From a virus: a stretch of DNA of 57,615 bases. The translations under genes were made by a program, and so were the position numbers. Position 1 is the first letter of the stretch, and the number at the start of each line of letters is the position of its first letter. The notes below the pieces were generated by a model. It ran no database searches, was not told the DNA's origin, and saw nothing but the letters and a program-made list of their open reading frames with translations. Shown here piece after piece: positions 45,039-53,530 of the stretch. The stretch is from positions 1-57,615 of IMG/VR virus record IMGVR_UViG_3300045988_146331; one strand, given 5' to 3'.

Positions 45039-47452
45039 TGAATAATACAGTAACAAGACAAGTACTTGGAAAAGTAACAATAACTAGCAAAGGCGAATAC
45101 GATTCATTAAAATCTTATGAAATATTAGATGTCGTAACTTATCAAGGTAGTTCTTACCTTTCTAAAAAATACAATAACAATAGTCTACCTACAAATGGTG
45201 ATGACTGGCAATTATTAGCACAAAAAGGCGATACTTACGAATTAAGTGAAGAAGATTTACAAAGAATTGCAGAACAAATAACAAGCAATGCTAATAGTGC
45301 ATTTAATCAAAATGTTAAAGAAAAAACCGATAGCTTTAATACAAACGCTAATTCAAAAACAGAGGCATATAATACAAATGCTACTGAAAAATCAAATACA
45401 TATAACTCAAACCATACAGCAAAGGTAAAAGAATACAATGGCAACGCTAGTAGCAAACTAAGTGCTTACAACGCAAATGCCGTAACAAAAAATACTGAAT
45501 ATAACAGTAATCATACAAATAAAATAAATGATTACAATACTAATGCTTCAAATAAGGTTACTGCATACAATACTAATGCGGATGCAAGGTTTGAAGAATA
45601 TAATACAAATGCCGATAATAAGATTGCAGAATATGACGAACATAGCGAGGAATTAAACAATAAAATAGTATCTACAAGGAATGAACTCGAAAGATTAAAA
45701 AGTAATGTATTAAATACTGGCGAAGATACTGACACATTCATTCATGTAGAAGATAGTGCTATGGCTGAATTGCAAGAATTAGAAATTGAGGGTGTAACTA
45801 AGCAAACGACTACGACTGGTAAAAATTTATTTGCTGACAATTCATATTATAATGTTCCAAAAAATGGTATAACCATTTCACATGACAATAATATAGTAAC
45901 ATTAACTGGAATAGCAACCGAACAATATGCTAATATGACATCAAACATGGCTATTGAAAAAGCAGATACATACACTTTTTCAATAGATAAAGCATTATCT
46001 TATCGTGTAAACTTTCGTACTCTAGATACAGATGGTTCGGTTATAAATACTTATTCGATTACAATCGGAACAAAAAGTGTTACATTCACGCTAACCGACA
46101 CAGAAGTTCAAGCATATGTATACATATTTGCAGAAAATCTTAAAAATAAAACTATTAATGATACATTTAAAATACAATTAGAACAAGGTTCTACAGCTAC
46201 ATCTTATGAACCCTACACAGGAGGCCAACCAAGTCCCAGTCCTGATTATCCACAAGAAATAAAGGTACAAACAGGGGACATAAAGCTGACGAGTTGTAAT
46301 AAGAATATGACGTATTTAAAGGAAGGCACATATACTCACGCTCCAAGTGGTTCGACTTGGACAATTGAAGGAGACACTATAACATTCAGTAAAACTAATG
46401 GTGCTTACGAAGGTGGAAGTTTAATTCTAGACACAGGCACAACTATGCAATTTAATAATAGACATGTGATTAGCGGAATGTATCCCAAAATTTCAGGAAA
46501 TTATAGGATATCTTTAATCGTTGATGGGAATATTGTGGCTGGTACCGGAGGAGTAGGTGCTTTGACATTATATATAAATACGGACAATAACGTTTACTAT
46601 GTAAAAGCAGCAACCGGTTCTAAATCAATTACAATACCGGAAGGCGAGTATATTACCAATATGACATTGTATTCACAATTTATAACAGCAGATAAGATAA
46701 AGATAAAGATACAACTAAAACGAGGCACCGCCGCCACTTCCTACGTCGACCATCTTTATTCTCAAATCACAGCCAAGTTACCAGAAGGAGAGTTCATTGG
46801 TAAATTTAGCGATACTAATAAAGACTATGTAAGCTTAGATTACAACAAGGAAGAAGGACAGTATCATGCAATAGTGAATAAGTATATTGGAAAATTTGTA
46901 TCAAATGGTACGGAAAATTGGATTGAACTATACCCACATGGTTATTATACTAATATTCCAAATATGAAAATTAATACAAATTCCAATGTTGTTTCAAATA
47001 TAATGAGCAATTATTATACTACATACTCACAAAATAATTTGTTCACATTATACGATTATGGTATGGCATCTCGTTCAAATCAAAGCCAAATTATAATTAA
47101 AAATAGTGATATCCCCACACCAGCAGATTTTAAATCTTGGCTATCAACACATCCAACTGAAACGTATTATTTATTACAAAATCCATACAAAATAGACCTC
47201 GGTCCAATAGACATGCCACTATCTTATAACGAGATAACTAACATCTTTACTGACAGCGAACTATTGCCTAAAATCAATGCAAAATACTATCGTGTATTTG
47301 AAAAAACTATTCAAAATGCACAAATAAATGAAAAAACACTAAAGCAAGAGATAACGGACTTAAATGCTACTATAAGTGATTTAGATACCAGACTAAAAGC
47401 ACTAGCAACTAAAACAATAGAAGAACCAACCGAAAGTGAGGAAACAGTATGA
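45038..47452 (+). CDS. Tail fibre / receptor-binding protein
   Basis: 804 aa; 9 tandem 11-residue xYNxNAxxKxx repeats followed by a large beta-rich C-terminal region and a terminal coiled coil. Confidence 0.65.
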   Translation: MNNTVTRQVLGKVTITSKGEYDSLKSYEILDVVTYQGSSYLSKKYNNNSLPTNGDDWQLLAQKGDTYELSEEDLQRIAEQITSNANSAFNQNVKEKTDSFNTNANSKTEAYNTNATEKSNTYNSNHTAKVKEYNGNASSKLSAYNANAVTKNTEYNSNHTNKINDYNTNASNKVTAYNTNADARFEEYNTNADNKIAEYDEHSEELNNKIVSTRNELERLKSNVLNTGEDTDTFIHVEDSAMAELQELEIEGVTKQTTTTGKNLFADNSYYNVPKNGITISHDNNIVTLTGIATEQYANMTSNMAIEKADTYTFSIDKALSYRVNFRTLDTDGSVINTYSITIGTKSVTFTLTDTEVQAYVYIFAENLKNKTINDTFKIQLEQGSTATSYEPYTGGQPSPSPDYPQEIKVQTGDIKLTSCNKNMTYLKEGTYTHAPSGSTWTIEGDTITFSKTNGAYEGGSLILDTGTTMQFNNRHVISGMYPKISGNYRISLIVDGNIVAGTGGVGALTLYINTDNNVYYVKAATGSKSITIPEGEYITNMTLYSQFITADKIKIKIQLKRGTAATSYVDHLYSQITAKLPEGEFIGKFSDTNKDYVSLDYNKEEGQYHAIVNKYIGKFVSNGTENWIELYPHGYYTNIPNMKINTNSNVVSNIMSNYYTTYSQNNLFTLYDYGMASRSNQSQIIIKNSDIPTPADFKSWLSTHPTETYYLLQNPYKIDLGPIDMPLSYNEITNIFTDSELLPKINAKYYRVFEKTIQNAQINEKTLKQEITDLNATISDLDTRLKALATKTIEEPTESEETV
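45332..45634 (+). repeat. Nine tandem 33-nt (11-aa) repeats inside the fibre gene
   Basis: SFNTNANSKTE AYNTNATEKSN TYNSNHTAKVK EYNGNASSKLS AYNANAVTKNT EYNSNHTNKIN DYNTNASNKVT AYNTNADARFE EYNTNADNKIA. Confidence 0.85.
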
Positions 47453-47649
47453 TATACGAAAAAGATGGAATAGTGTACTTCAAAAACGGAAGCCAGTACG
47501 AGATAGCCAATATTTCAACTCCTTATAGCGAAACGTTAGGGAGATATAAGTTGATGCTTACTGGCTCTGGTACTTTTGTACCTTTTAAAGAGGGCGAAGA
47601 GCCTAAAGAAATTTCATTTAAAGAGTTAGAGAAAAAACTAACGAAATAG
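47449..47649 (+). CDS. Hypothetical protein
   Basis: ORF track; 4-nt overlap with the fibre gene. Confidence 0.5.
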   Translation: MIYEKDGIVYFKNGSQYEIANISTPYSETLGRYKLMLTGSGTFVPFKEGEEPKEISFKELEKKLTK

Positions 47650-47661
47650 GAGGATGATGTT

Positions 47662-47994
47662 GTGGAAATATTAAAGACTATTGCTGGATATATAACCGCT
47701 ATAATAACTATATGTTCTGCCATGGCACTTATCCTAAAGACAATGCTAAAAGACTTGCAAAATCAAAATCGTATGCAATATCGTTACAATATTGTTAGTT
47801 TTGCGAGTGATTTACGAAAAGGTTGCTTAAAGACTAGAGACGAATATTTATCAATTTTCGAGCAGATTGACGAATATTTAAGAATTTGCAAGAAGTTTAA
47901 TATACAAAATCATTTATTTGAAGAGGAAGTAAAATATATAAATAAAGCATATGAAGCTCAAGATATTCTAAAGAAAGGAAAAAACATTGACTAA
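47662..47994 (+). CDS. N-terminally membrane-anchored protein
   Basis: TM helix IAGYITAIITICSAMALIL. Confidence 0.5.
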   Translation: MEILKTIAGYITAIITICSAMALILKTMLKDLQNQNRMQYRYNIVSFASDLRKGCLKTRDEYLSIFEQIDEYLRICKKFNIQNHLFEEEVKYINKAYEAQDILKKGKNID

Positions 47995-48037
47995 TATATT
48001 ATGTTATGGTATAATCTAGTAAAAGGAGAGATTAAAT

Positions 48038-48277
48038 ATGAATGATGCGATAAAAGAAGTGCCTATGGCAACTGAAATGCTAAAGACGCAGAAGTTTATA
48101 ATCAAATTACTAGGTATCATAATCATTACAGTCTTGGTATTATGGTTTACAACAATTGGTATCTTCGTTTGGTATTTGAACCAATATGATTTTACAACTA
48201 CTACCGATGCCAACCTTACCCAAGATATTAGTGATAATGACAATACATATATTAGTCAAAGTGGTAATATTGATTAA
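48038..48277 (+). CDS. Single-pass membrane protein
   Basis: TM helix LLGIIIITVLVLWFTTIGIFVWY. Confidence 0.5.
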   Translation: MNDAIKEVPMATEMLKTQKFIIKLLGIIIITVLVLWFTTIGIFVWYLNQYDFTTTTDANLTQDISDNDNTYISQSGNID

Positions 48278-48399
48278 TGAGAATTAGACAAACATTTAGT
48301 AGTAGACGTACTACAACAAGAACACATAAAACATCAAGTTCTTCATCATCACGTAGACGCAATGGAACTAAAAAAATAGCTAGAAGAAAAAAGAAATGA
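48277..48399 (+). CDS. 40-aa extremely basic Arg/Ser/Thr/Lys peptide (MRIRQTFSSRRTTTRTHKTSSSSSSRRRNGTKKIARRKKK)
   Basis: Manual translation; the ATG overlaps the upstream TAA and the TGA overlaps the next ATG (translational coupling on both sides). Confidence 0.45.
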   Translation: MRIRQTFSSRRTTTRTHKTSSSSSSRRRNGTKKIARRKKK

Positions 48400-48593
48400 A
48401 AATTGATTTTACTAAAGACGAGGTAGAGTATTTCAAAACCAATTGTTACTTTAGTGATGAAGAAGAAATTATTTTAGAAAAACGTTTAAAGAATGAAAGT
48501 ATAACAAAAATTGCATTAGAACTTCATTATAGCGAACGTACTATAAAGAGAAGAATTAATTCGATAAAGCGTAAAATATTAAAAGTAATTTAA
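48396..48593 (+). CDS. Sigma-70 region-4 / LuxR-type HTH mini-protein
   Basis: EEEIILEKRLKNESITKIALELHYSERTIKRRINSIKRKI. Confidence 0.6.
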   Translation: MKIDFTKDEVEYFKTNCYFSDEEEIILEKRLKNESITKIALELHYSERTIKRRINSIKRKILKVI

Positions 48594-48652
48594 TGATTTA
48601 CGTAAATAATATTTATACTTTACATTTTATTTACGTTTTTTGGCACATATTT

Positions 48653-48675
48653 GACACGTTTCGGTGTCTTTTTTA
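48653..48675 (+). terminator. Intrinsic terminator
   Basis: GACACgtttcgGTGTCttttttt. Confidence 0.7.
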
Positions 48676-48700
48676 TTATATACTTAATATAGGTGGAATA

Positions 48701-48955
48701 ATGATGACAACGAAAGAATTAAAACTAATGAAGACTAAGATAGCTAGTCTTAGCTATCCACAGTTAATGGCAATCATAAAAGATATGCACTTAACTGATG
48801 ATGAGACAAAGTTATTAATGACAATTTATAACTGTGATTCAATGACTAAAAGTTGCATGGAAAACTATATTTCTCCACCTGTATATTACAAACATATACG
48901 AAAACTACTTATCAAGATTGACAACTATTGTAAGTATAAAAACTTAAATCTATAA
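48701..48955 (+). CDS. Second region-4-like HTH mini-protein (start MMTTKELK)
   Basis: AGGTGGAATA-ATG at 48701, in frame within ORF-track entry 48593..48955; LTDDETKLLMTIY...ISPPVYYKHIRKLLIKI. Confidence 0.5.
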   Translation: MMTTKELKLMKTKIASLSYPQLMAIIKDMHLTDDETKLLMTIYNCDSMTKSCMENYISPPVYYKHIRKLLIKIDNYCKYKNLNL

Positions 48956-48967
48956 TATTTTTGCAAA

Positions 48968-48989
48968 GAAAAAAGCCTATTACTAGGCT
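48968..48989 (-). terminator. Convergent-operon terminator (efficient T-run on the minus strand)
   Basis: Minus strand reads AGCCTAgtaaTAGGCTtttttt. Confidence 0.7.
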
Positions 48990-48999
48990 TAAATGTGTA

Positions 49000-49386
49000 T
49001 TAAGAGTGTCTGTTTAGATACTCTTTTCTTATTAATGTTTTACCTTTGTTGTTTAAATCATTTTTGTGATAATATTCAAACTCTAAAAATATCTCATTTA
49101 TTATTTTTCGTTCTTCATTAGTTGGGTTATATCCTCTCATATTTATCAATTTAAGGATATTATTCAATACAAGATATAATTTGTATTCTCTAGTTTCAAT
49201 TATATGTAAATACCTATGAGAATAATTTGTAAGCAATCCCCCATTGCTTATAACTCTTTTTCCTCCATCGCAATCTTTTTGAATATGATGGAATGATATA
49301 GGATTATCTCTAGTTATTTTATAATTCAACCAATCTACGTCAGGATTTCCATATAATCTTACTAACTCTAATGAGACTCTATCCAT
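49000..49386 (-). CDS. HNH endonuclease-like protein
   Basis: ISFHHIQKDCDGGKRVISNGGLLTNYSHRYLH (H-N-H spacing). Confidence 0.6.
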   Translation of the reverse strand: MDRVSLELVRLYGNPDVDWLNYKITRDNPISFHHIQKDCDGGKRVISNGGLLTNYSHRYLHIIETREYKLYLVLNNILKLINMRGYNPTNEERKIINEIFLEFEYYHKNDLNNKGKTLIRKEYLNRHS

Positions 49387-49389
49387 AGG

Positions 49390-50007
49390 CTACTTCACAA
49401 ATCTATTACTACAATAATAGCCACGAACATTATCTACAATATTCCAACCATTTTTTGTACCATAAGTTTCGACTTCTTCGCCATACTTAGCTATCTTTAC
49501 TAATTTACCTTTAGTATTAGGTGCTGTTCTAATATTTAATCCGTCTTTTGCAATACAATGTTTGGTATGTTTAATTAGGTTTTTATCCTTGTCTTTTATT
49601 ACTTGATCGTCATACATGTTAATATATGCTAGTGGGTCTAGATAGTTTTTCTTATTCCATGTTACTTTTGACCCTTTAGATAAAGCAAAATGTAAATGAT
49701 AACCGGTAACGATACCAGATCTGCCCATTTTAGCGATTTGTTGCCCTTTTTTAACTTTATCACCTTCGTGGACTCTTTGACTATCCTTTAAAAGGTGCCC
49801 ATAATATGAAACTAGCCCATTGTCATGCGCTATAGCTATCACATAACCACCGGTTATTTGTCTACGATTATAGATTACTTTTCCATCATCGCATGCATAA
49901 ATTGGTTGATTATAACCACATACATTGCCATACCATCCAAGATCGCACCCACCATGTTTATAAGTATATTTTTGTGTTACTGAAATATAATTTACTGGAC
50001 ATCTCAT
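49390..50007 (-). CDS. Endolysin: M23 peptidase + C-terminal SH3-like wall-binding domain
   Basis: M23 motifs HGGCDLG and GYHLHFAL; C-terminus GLNIRTAPNTKGKLVKIAKYGEEV...NGWNIV. Confidence 0.85.
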   Translation of the reverse strand: MRCPVNYISVTQKYTYKHGGCDLGWYGNVCGYNQPIYACDDGKVIYNRRQITGGYVIAIAHDNGLVSYYGHLLKDSQRVHEGDKVKKGQQIAKMGRSGIVTGYHLHFALSKGSKVTWNKKNYLDPLAYINMYDDQVIKDKDKNLIKHTKHCIAKDGLNIRTAPNTKGKLVKIAKYGEEVETYGTKNGWNIVDNVRGYYCSNRFVK

Positions 50008-50024
50008 AATCTATTCCTCTTTTC

Positions 50025-50327
50025 TTATTTATTTCCATCTATTTTTCCGTCTTTTGCCAAATCTCTTAATTTGTCATATAAATGTTGCACAATTATTCTA
50101 AATGAACTATAACTAATAAATACTTTGAAAGACGAAGGAACATACTCATACGCATTACTACATACGTATTCAAATTTAGTCATACCATCTTCGTCCGTTT
50201 TTTCGGCGTCTAAAAGCAACGCATAAATCTTCTCTCTTATTTTCGTTTGGCAAATAAAATAGAACGATATTATAGCTACTAAAATTATACCTACAATTAC
50301 TAACATTTCTTTTATATCCATTGTCAA
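50025..50327 (-). CDS. Holin-like protein
   Basis: N-terminal TM helix LVIVGIILVAIISFYFI; immediately upstream of the endolysin. Confidence 0.55.
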   Translation of the reverse strand: MTMDIKEMLVIVGIILVAIISFYFICQTKIREKIYALLLDAEKTDEDGMTKFEYVCSNAYEYVPSSFKVFISYSSFRIIVQHLYDKLRDLAKDGKIDGNK

Positions 50328-50343
50328 TCACTCTCCTACATAT

Positions 50344-50372
50344 ATTATATCATTTTTTCATTATTTAGTCAA
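50344..50372 (-). promoter_or_regulatory. Promoter TTGACT-17-TATAAT before the lysis genes
   Basis: Minus strand reads TTGACTaaataatgaaaaaatgaTATAAT. Confidence 0.7.
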
Positions 50373-50376
50373 AATT

Positions 50377-50402
50377 AAAAAAGTGCAAGGCTTGCACTTT
50401 TA
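50377..50402. terminator. Bidirectional hairpin terminator after tRNA-Cys
   Basis: aaaaaaGTGCAAGgCTTGCACtttta. Confidence 0.65.
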
Positions 50403-50410
50403 TTTTTAAT

Positions 50411-50486
50411 TGGACGATAGAGTGAGATTTGAACTCACGTATAATGGTGTTGCAGACCATTCCCTTAACCACTTGGGTATCTACCG
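50411..50486 (-). tRNA. tRNA-Cys (anticodon GCA), CCA encoded
   Basis: CGGTAGA-TA-CCC..GGG-A-ATGGT-CTGCAAC-ACCAT-TATAC-GTGAG-TTCAAAT-CTCAC-TCTATCG-T-CCA. Confidence 0.8.
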
Positions 50487-50514
50487 TATAAAGAAAGATA
50501 AATCTTTCCTTTTA

Positions 50515-50543
50515 ATTATAAAATACAATTGGTTATTTGTCAA
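50515..50543 (-). promoter_or_regulatory. Consensus promoter TTGACA-17-TATAAT upstream of tRNA-Cys
   Basis: Minus strand reads TTGACAaataaccaattgtatttTATAAT. Confidence 0.75.
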
Positions 50544-50548
50544 CATTC

Positions 50549-50905
50549 CTACATTATTTGCCAACAGCAATATAAATCTCTATTAGAACAATCGAATGTA
50601 TCGACTATTACATTGTCTATAATAGCAGTTATATGTCCTTGCGTAGTAGCTACAAAATGACCTTTAGGACATATTTTTGCAAATTGTCCTATTGTCATAT
50701 TATCGTAACATTTCCGTGGATATAATCTGTCCAGGTAGTCCTCTACAAATTCAACATCATTCAATAGCAAACCTTTCTTGCCAGATAAATAACTTAGTTT
50801 TCTTTGACACTCTTCCCAACTTATTCCTTCCGCTACGCTTATACTTCTAAGTACGCAATCATCGGTTAACAAGCCTTTAGGATTAGCATTGTAATAATGA
50901 TACAT
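50549..50905 (-). CDS. Hypothetical protein; possible Cys/His (papain-like) hydrolase fold
   Basis: LTDDCVLRSISVA near the N-terminus and TQGHITAIIDN later; weak. Confidence 0.5.
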   Translation of the reverse strand: MYHYYNANPKGLLTDDCVLRSISVAEGISWEECQRKLSYLSGKKGLLLNDVEFVEDYLDRLYPRKCYDNMTIGQFAKICPKGHFVATTQGHITAIIDNVIVDTFDCSNRDLYCCWQIM

Positions 50906-51375
50906 TACATTTCACTAATTTTTCTTGAATATCTTCTAATAATATCCATTTCTTCTTGGGAATCAACTTCATCTTGTAACATTGATATAAAATCAACAAT
51001 TGATTGCATCATATATTCTAAACTTTGCGTGGTATTACCTGAATATGTATCTTTGCCGTAGTTATAATTTCTATAATCGTCGTGAACTCTATCTATCATA
51101 TCTTCTCCACGATATCTACGTCCTCTATCAACATATCTACCTTGGGCGTCTCTCGAACGTCCACCCGCATAAGAATTATCATTATAATATCTCATATTTT
51201 CCTCCTTAATTTTCCAATAACATTCGTTTTCGATATCCTTATGAATATCGATCAATTTATATAGTAAATCAACATCTTCAATTTGTAGACCATTGTTTAC
51301 TATGTTTCCCATTATTTTTTCAACTTCTTTTCTAGTCTTTGGGATAAGTCCATTGTTCTTATTTTCCTCTTCCAT
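50905..51375 (-). CDS. Hypothetical protein (Arg/Tyr/Gly-rich centre)
   Basis: ORF track. Confidence 0.55.
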   Translation of the reverse strand: MEEENKNNGLIPKTRKEVEKIMGNIVNNGLQIEDVDLLYKLIDIHKDIENECYWKIKEENMRYYNDNSYAGGRSRDAQGRYVDRGRRYRGEDMIDRVHDDYRNYNYGKDTYSGNTTQSLEYMMQSIVDFISMLQDEVDSQEEMDIIRRYSRKISEM

Positions 51376-51383
51376 AGTGCCTC

Positions 51384-51836
51384 CTATCGTGCAACACTAA
51401 TATTTAGCGTACCATTAATAATTATAGGTATTTGCGTATTTGTTGCAATTGGCGTAGCACCAGCGAAAACACTAGGTACTGAAGCAATTGTTAAAGTGGA
51501 ATCTGCATTGCAACATATTCTTATTTTTTTGTTACTAGAAACACTTGCTAAATCTCCGGCTGCAGTTAAAGTTTGTGCTGAAACAGAATTAGGAATCAAT
51601 ATACCATCTTGATAAATACCTAACGCTACAATACCTGCCGTAGCACTAGTTAATACGGCGTCTAAATCTATTTCGTAAATACCACCTTTTAAAATTTTAT
51701 AAAGTGGCGAACCTTCTACGTGCTGTAACCAACCGCAACAATTAGCACTTCTTGTTCTTAAATCGTCTTTTGTAAAAGTTACAACACTAGAATTACTTGA
51801 TAAAGCAATTGGACTATTAATTACACTTTCTATCAT
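51384..51836 (-). CDS. BclA-C-terminal-domain-like (C1q/TNF-like jelly-roll) protein
   Basis: Alternating hydrophobic beta-strand pattern ...GGIYEIDLDAVLTSATAGIVALGIYQDGILIPNS...TLTIASV...IIINGTLNISVAR resembles exosporium BclA C-terminal domains; similarity judged by eye. Confidence 0.4.
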   Translation of the reverse strand: MIESVINSPIALSSNSSVVTFTKDDLRTRSANCCGWLQHVEGSPLYKILKGGIYEIDLDAVLTSATAGIVALGIYQDGILIPNSVSAQTLTAAGDLASVSSNKKIRICCNADSTLTIASVPSVFAGATPIATNTQIPIIINGTLNISVAR

Positions 51837-51859
51837 TTTTATTTTCCTTTCTTTATTTT

Positions 51860-51968
51860 ACACATTATTTGCATTTCTAATGTGTGTTTTTGCACATTTT
51901 TACACATTATTTGCATTTCTAATGTGTATATTTAACATTTTTTATACATCATTTACATTTTAATGTGT
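51860..51968. repeat. Three 42-bp-spaced units, each with inverted repeat ACACATTA-N10-TAATGTGT (third unit degenerate)
   Basis: Units at 51860-51885, 51902-51927 and 51944-51968; each is followed by TTTTTRMACATTTT. Confidence 0.85.
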
Positions 51969-51987
51969 ATTTTTAACATTTTAATAA

Positions 51988-52014
51988 AAAAGATAGGTTT
52001 TTAGCCTACCTTTT
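51988..52014 (-). terminator. Hairpin terminator downstream of 52080..52364
   Basis: AAAAGATAGGtttttagCCTACCTTTT (one mismatch). Confidence 0.55.
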
Positions 52015-52017
52015 GTT

Positions 52018-52035
52018 AAGGACATAAATGTCCTT
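52018..52035. other. Perfect palindrome AAGGACAT-AA-ATGTCCTT
   Basis: Read directly. Confidence 0.8.
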
Positions 52036-52079
52036 ATCTTGCAAGTTCCCGTCATCGGGCTACCTTATAGGCATTTGCA

Positions 52080-52364
52080 TTAAATTATAGTTGTACCAGT
52101 GCAGCAACCATTTGTTACTTGATAGTTTAAGCAACAATTAGGGTTTACAACCGGATATGATGGAACAGGTTGTGGTTTTAATTGGTTAACTAAATAGTTG
52201 TTTTGTGCATTTTGTGATGCAGCTAAACGTAACGCATTGATTTCATTTTGTTGTGATGCAATTTGAGCATTCTTATCTTCAATTCGGTTAGCGATAAGTT
52301 CATCATGTAAAGCACGATAATTACTATTAATACTGTCTACAATATCTCTAGTATTCATATTCAT
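52080..52364 (-). CDS. C-terminal portion of the Gly/Asn-rich protein gene (downstream of the intron). The frame stays open upstream to 52443 without a start codon.
   Basis: Upstream extension HNGCKTQNAIQGVNYNLATNTCALQNT-MNMN... is homologous to the end of 53462..53941 (NGYETRNAIQGVSSQLADC). Cys-rich C-terminus NPNCCLNYQVTNGCCTGTTII. Confidence 0.55.
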   Translation of the reverse strand: MNMNTRDIVDSINSNYRALHDELIANRIEDKNAQIASQQNEINALRLAASQNAQNNYLVNQLKPQPVPSYPVVNPNCCLNYQVTNGCCTGTTII

Positions 52365-52449
52365 TGTGTTTTGTAAAGCACAAGTGTTAGTTGCTAAGTT
52401 ATAGTTAACTCCTTGAATAGCATTTTGAGTTTTGCAGCCATTGTGTTAT

Positions 52450-53530
52450 CATATAGATGTTTATTCTATATTTCAATATGTTTCCATATTGTTCAGACTA
52501 TATCTTCACCTTTCTCATTTTGAGTTAAGGGACAGGCACTCTTGGGTATATTATATTCTCTTTTGAGTTTCAATACCTAGTCGTTGAGCCTTTACAAATC
52601 ATTTAAATTTGTACTTGGTTGCTGATTGCCTCGGCTAATATTTTTTTTAAATTGTCTTTTGATAAATCATCATTATATTTTAATTTTATTAGTGTTATAT
52701 TATTATTTTTACAAAATTCTTCCTTTATTTTATCTTTGTATCTTTGATATTCCAAAGTGTTTTTACCTTTATGGAAATAAGGTATATATTTATAATGTTG
52801 GATTCCATTATATTCTATTGCTAAATTATATTTTTCAAAATAACAATCTACTCTTAACTTTCTATTTGTTTGTGGATTTTTTAAATCATTAAATTCTTTC
52901 TCCAATTGATAATCACTTTTTAAAATTTCTTTAATAGTATCAAAGCACTTTATAGCACTTAATGAAGTATCACTTCTACTTTTTTCGATATATACACCAT
53001 TTACTAAACCAATAAATTCTTTATAAGAGTTTATCCCTTGTTCTTCTAATAAATAATATATTTTTCTAGCGGATATATTAAATTTTTTTTCTATCTCACC
53101 AATTGAAACTTGATTGTCATTTATATAATTACTTAAATCATCTATTGTTATTTTTTCTCTATTTTTATTTCTATACCATTGAGTTGCACATTTTTTTGAA
53201 CAACATTCTAAATCTTTTCTATAAGATAAAAAGTTTTTTTTACAATTTTTACATATAATATTATATTTCTTCATATTATGATATTTATATTTGCTATAAC
53301 ATTTATCACTACAAAATTGTTTTTTTTGTTTGCTTTCAAACTCTGTGTTACAAATTTTACAAATGTTTTTCATTTAAATCACCTAATAAAATTATACTAC
53401 AATTTAATAAATATTGCAAGGGGTTTCCAGCAGTTCACCTGTTTTTATAAGTAGTATATTTCTATACTAGACTACCTACTGTATTTACTTTTGTAAATTT
53501 ATTCTTTACGGCTATAAAGAATTTCTTTAA
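52450..53530 (-). mobile_element. Group I intron (boundaries approximate) carrying a homing-endonuclease ORF
   Basis: J8/7-P7 core AAGATATAGTC (52506-52496) with partner GACTA (52582-52578). GAAA-capped helices at 53469-53452 and 52490-52475. Terminal G at 52450. The endonuclease ORF sits in a peripheral loop. Confidence 0.7.
52603..53373 (-). CDS. Intron-encoded homing endonuclease: N-terminal CxxC zinc fingers + HTH + C-terminal Vsr/PD-(D/E)XK-like nuclease
   Basis: CKICN...CSDKC, CKNCK...CSKKC; HTH NISARKIYYLLEEQG; nuclease-like LRVDCYF...LAIEYNGIQHY. Confidence 0.65.
   Translation of the reverse strand: MKNICKICNTEFESKQKKQFCSDKCYSKYKYHNMKKYNIICKNCKKNFLSYRKDLECCSKKCATQWYRNKNREKITIDDLSNYINDNQVSIGEIEKKFNISARKIYYLLEEQGINSYKEFIGLVNGVYIEKSRSDTSLSAIKCFDTIKEILKSDYQLEKEFNDLKNPQTNRKLRVDCYFEKYNLAIEYNGIQHYKYIPYFHKGKNTLEYQRYKDKIKEEFCKNNNITLIKLKYNDDLSKDNLKKILAEAISNQVQI

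Noticed and set aside
51860-51968. Possible CRISPR array (regularly spaced repeats)
   Set aside because: There are only three units and the 'spacers' are themselves conserved. The repeats are palindromic operators in a promoter region, and there are no cas genes. No other CRISPR-like array was seen in the window.
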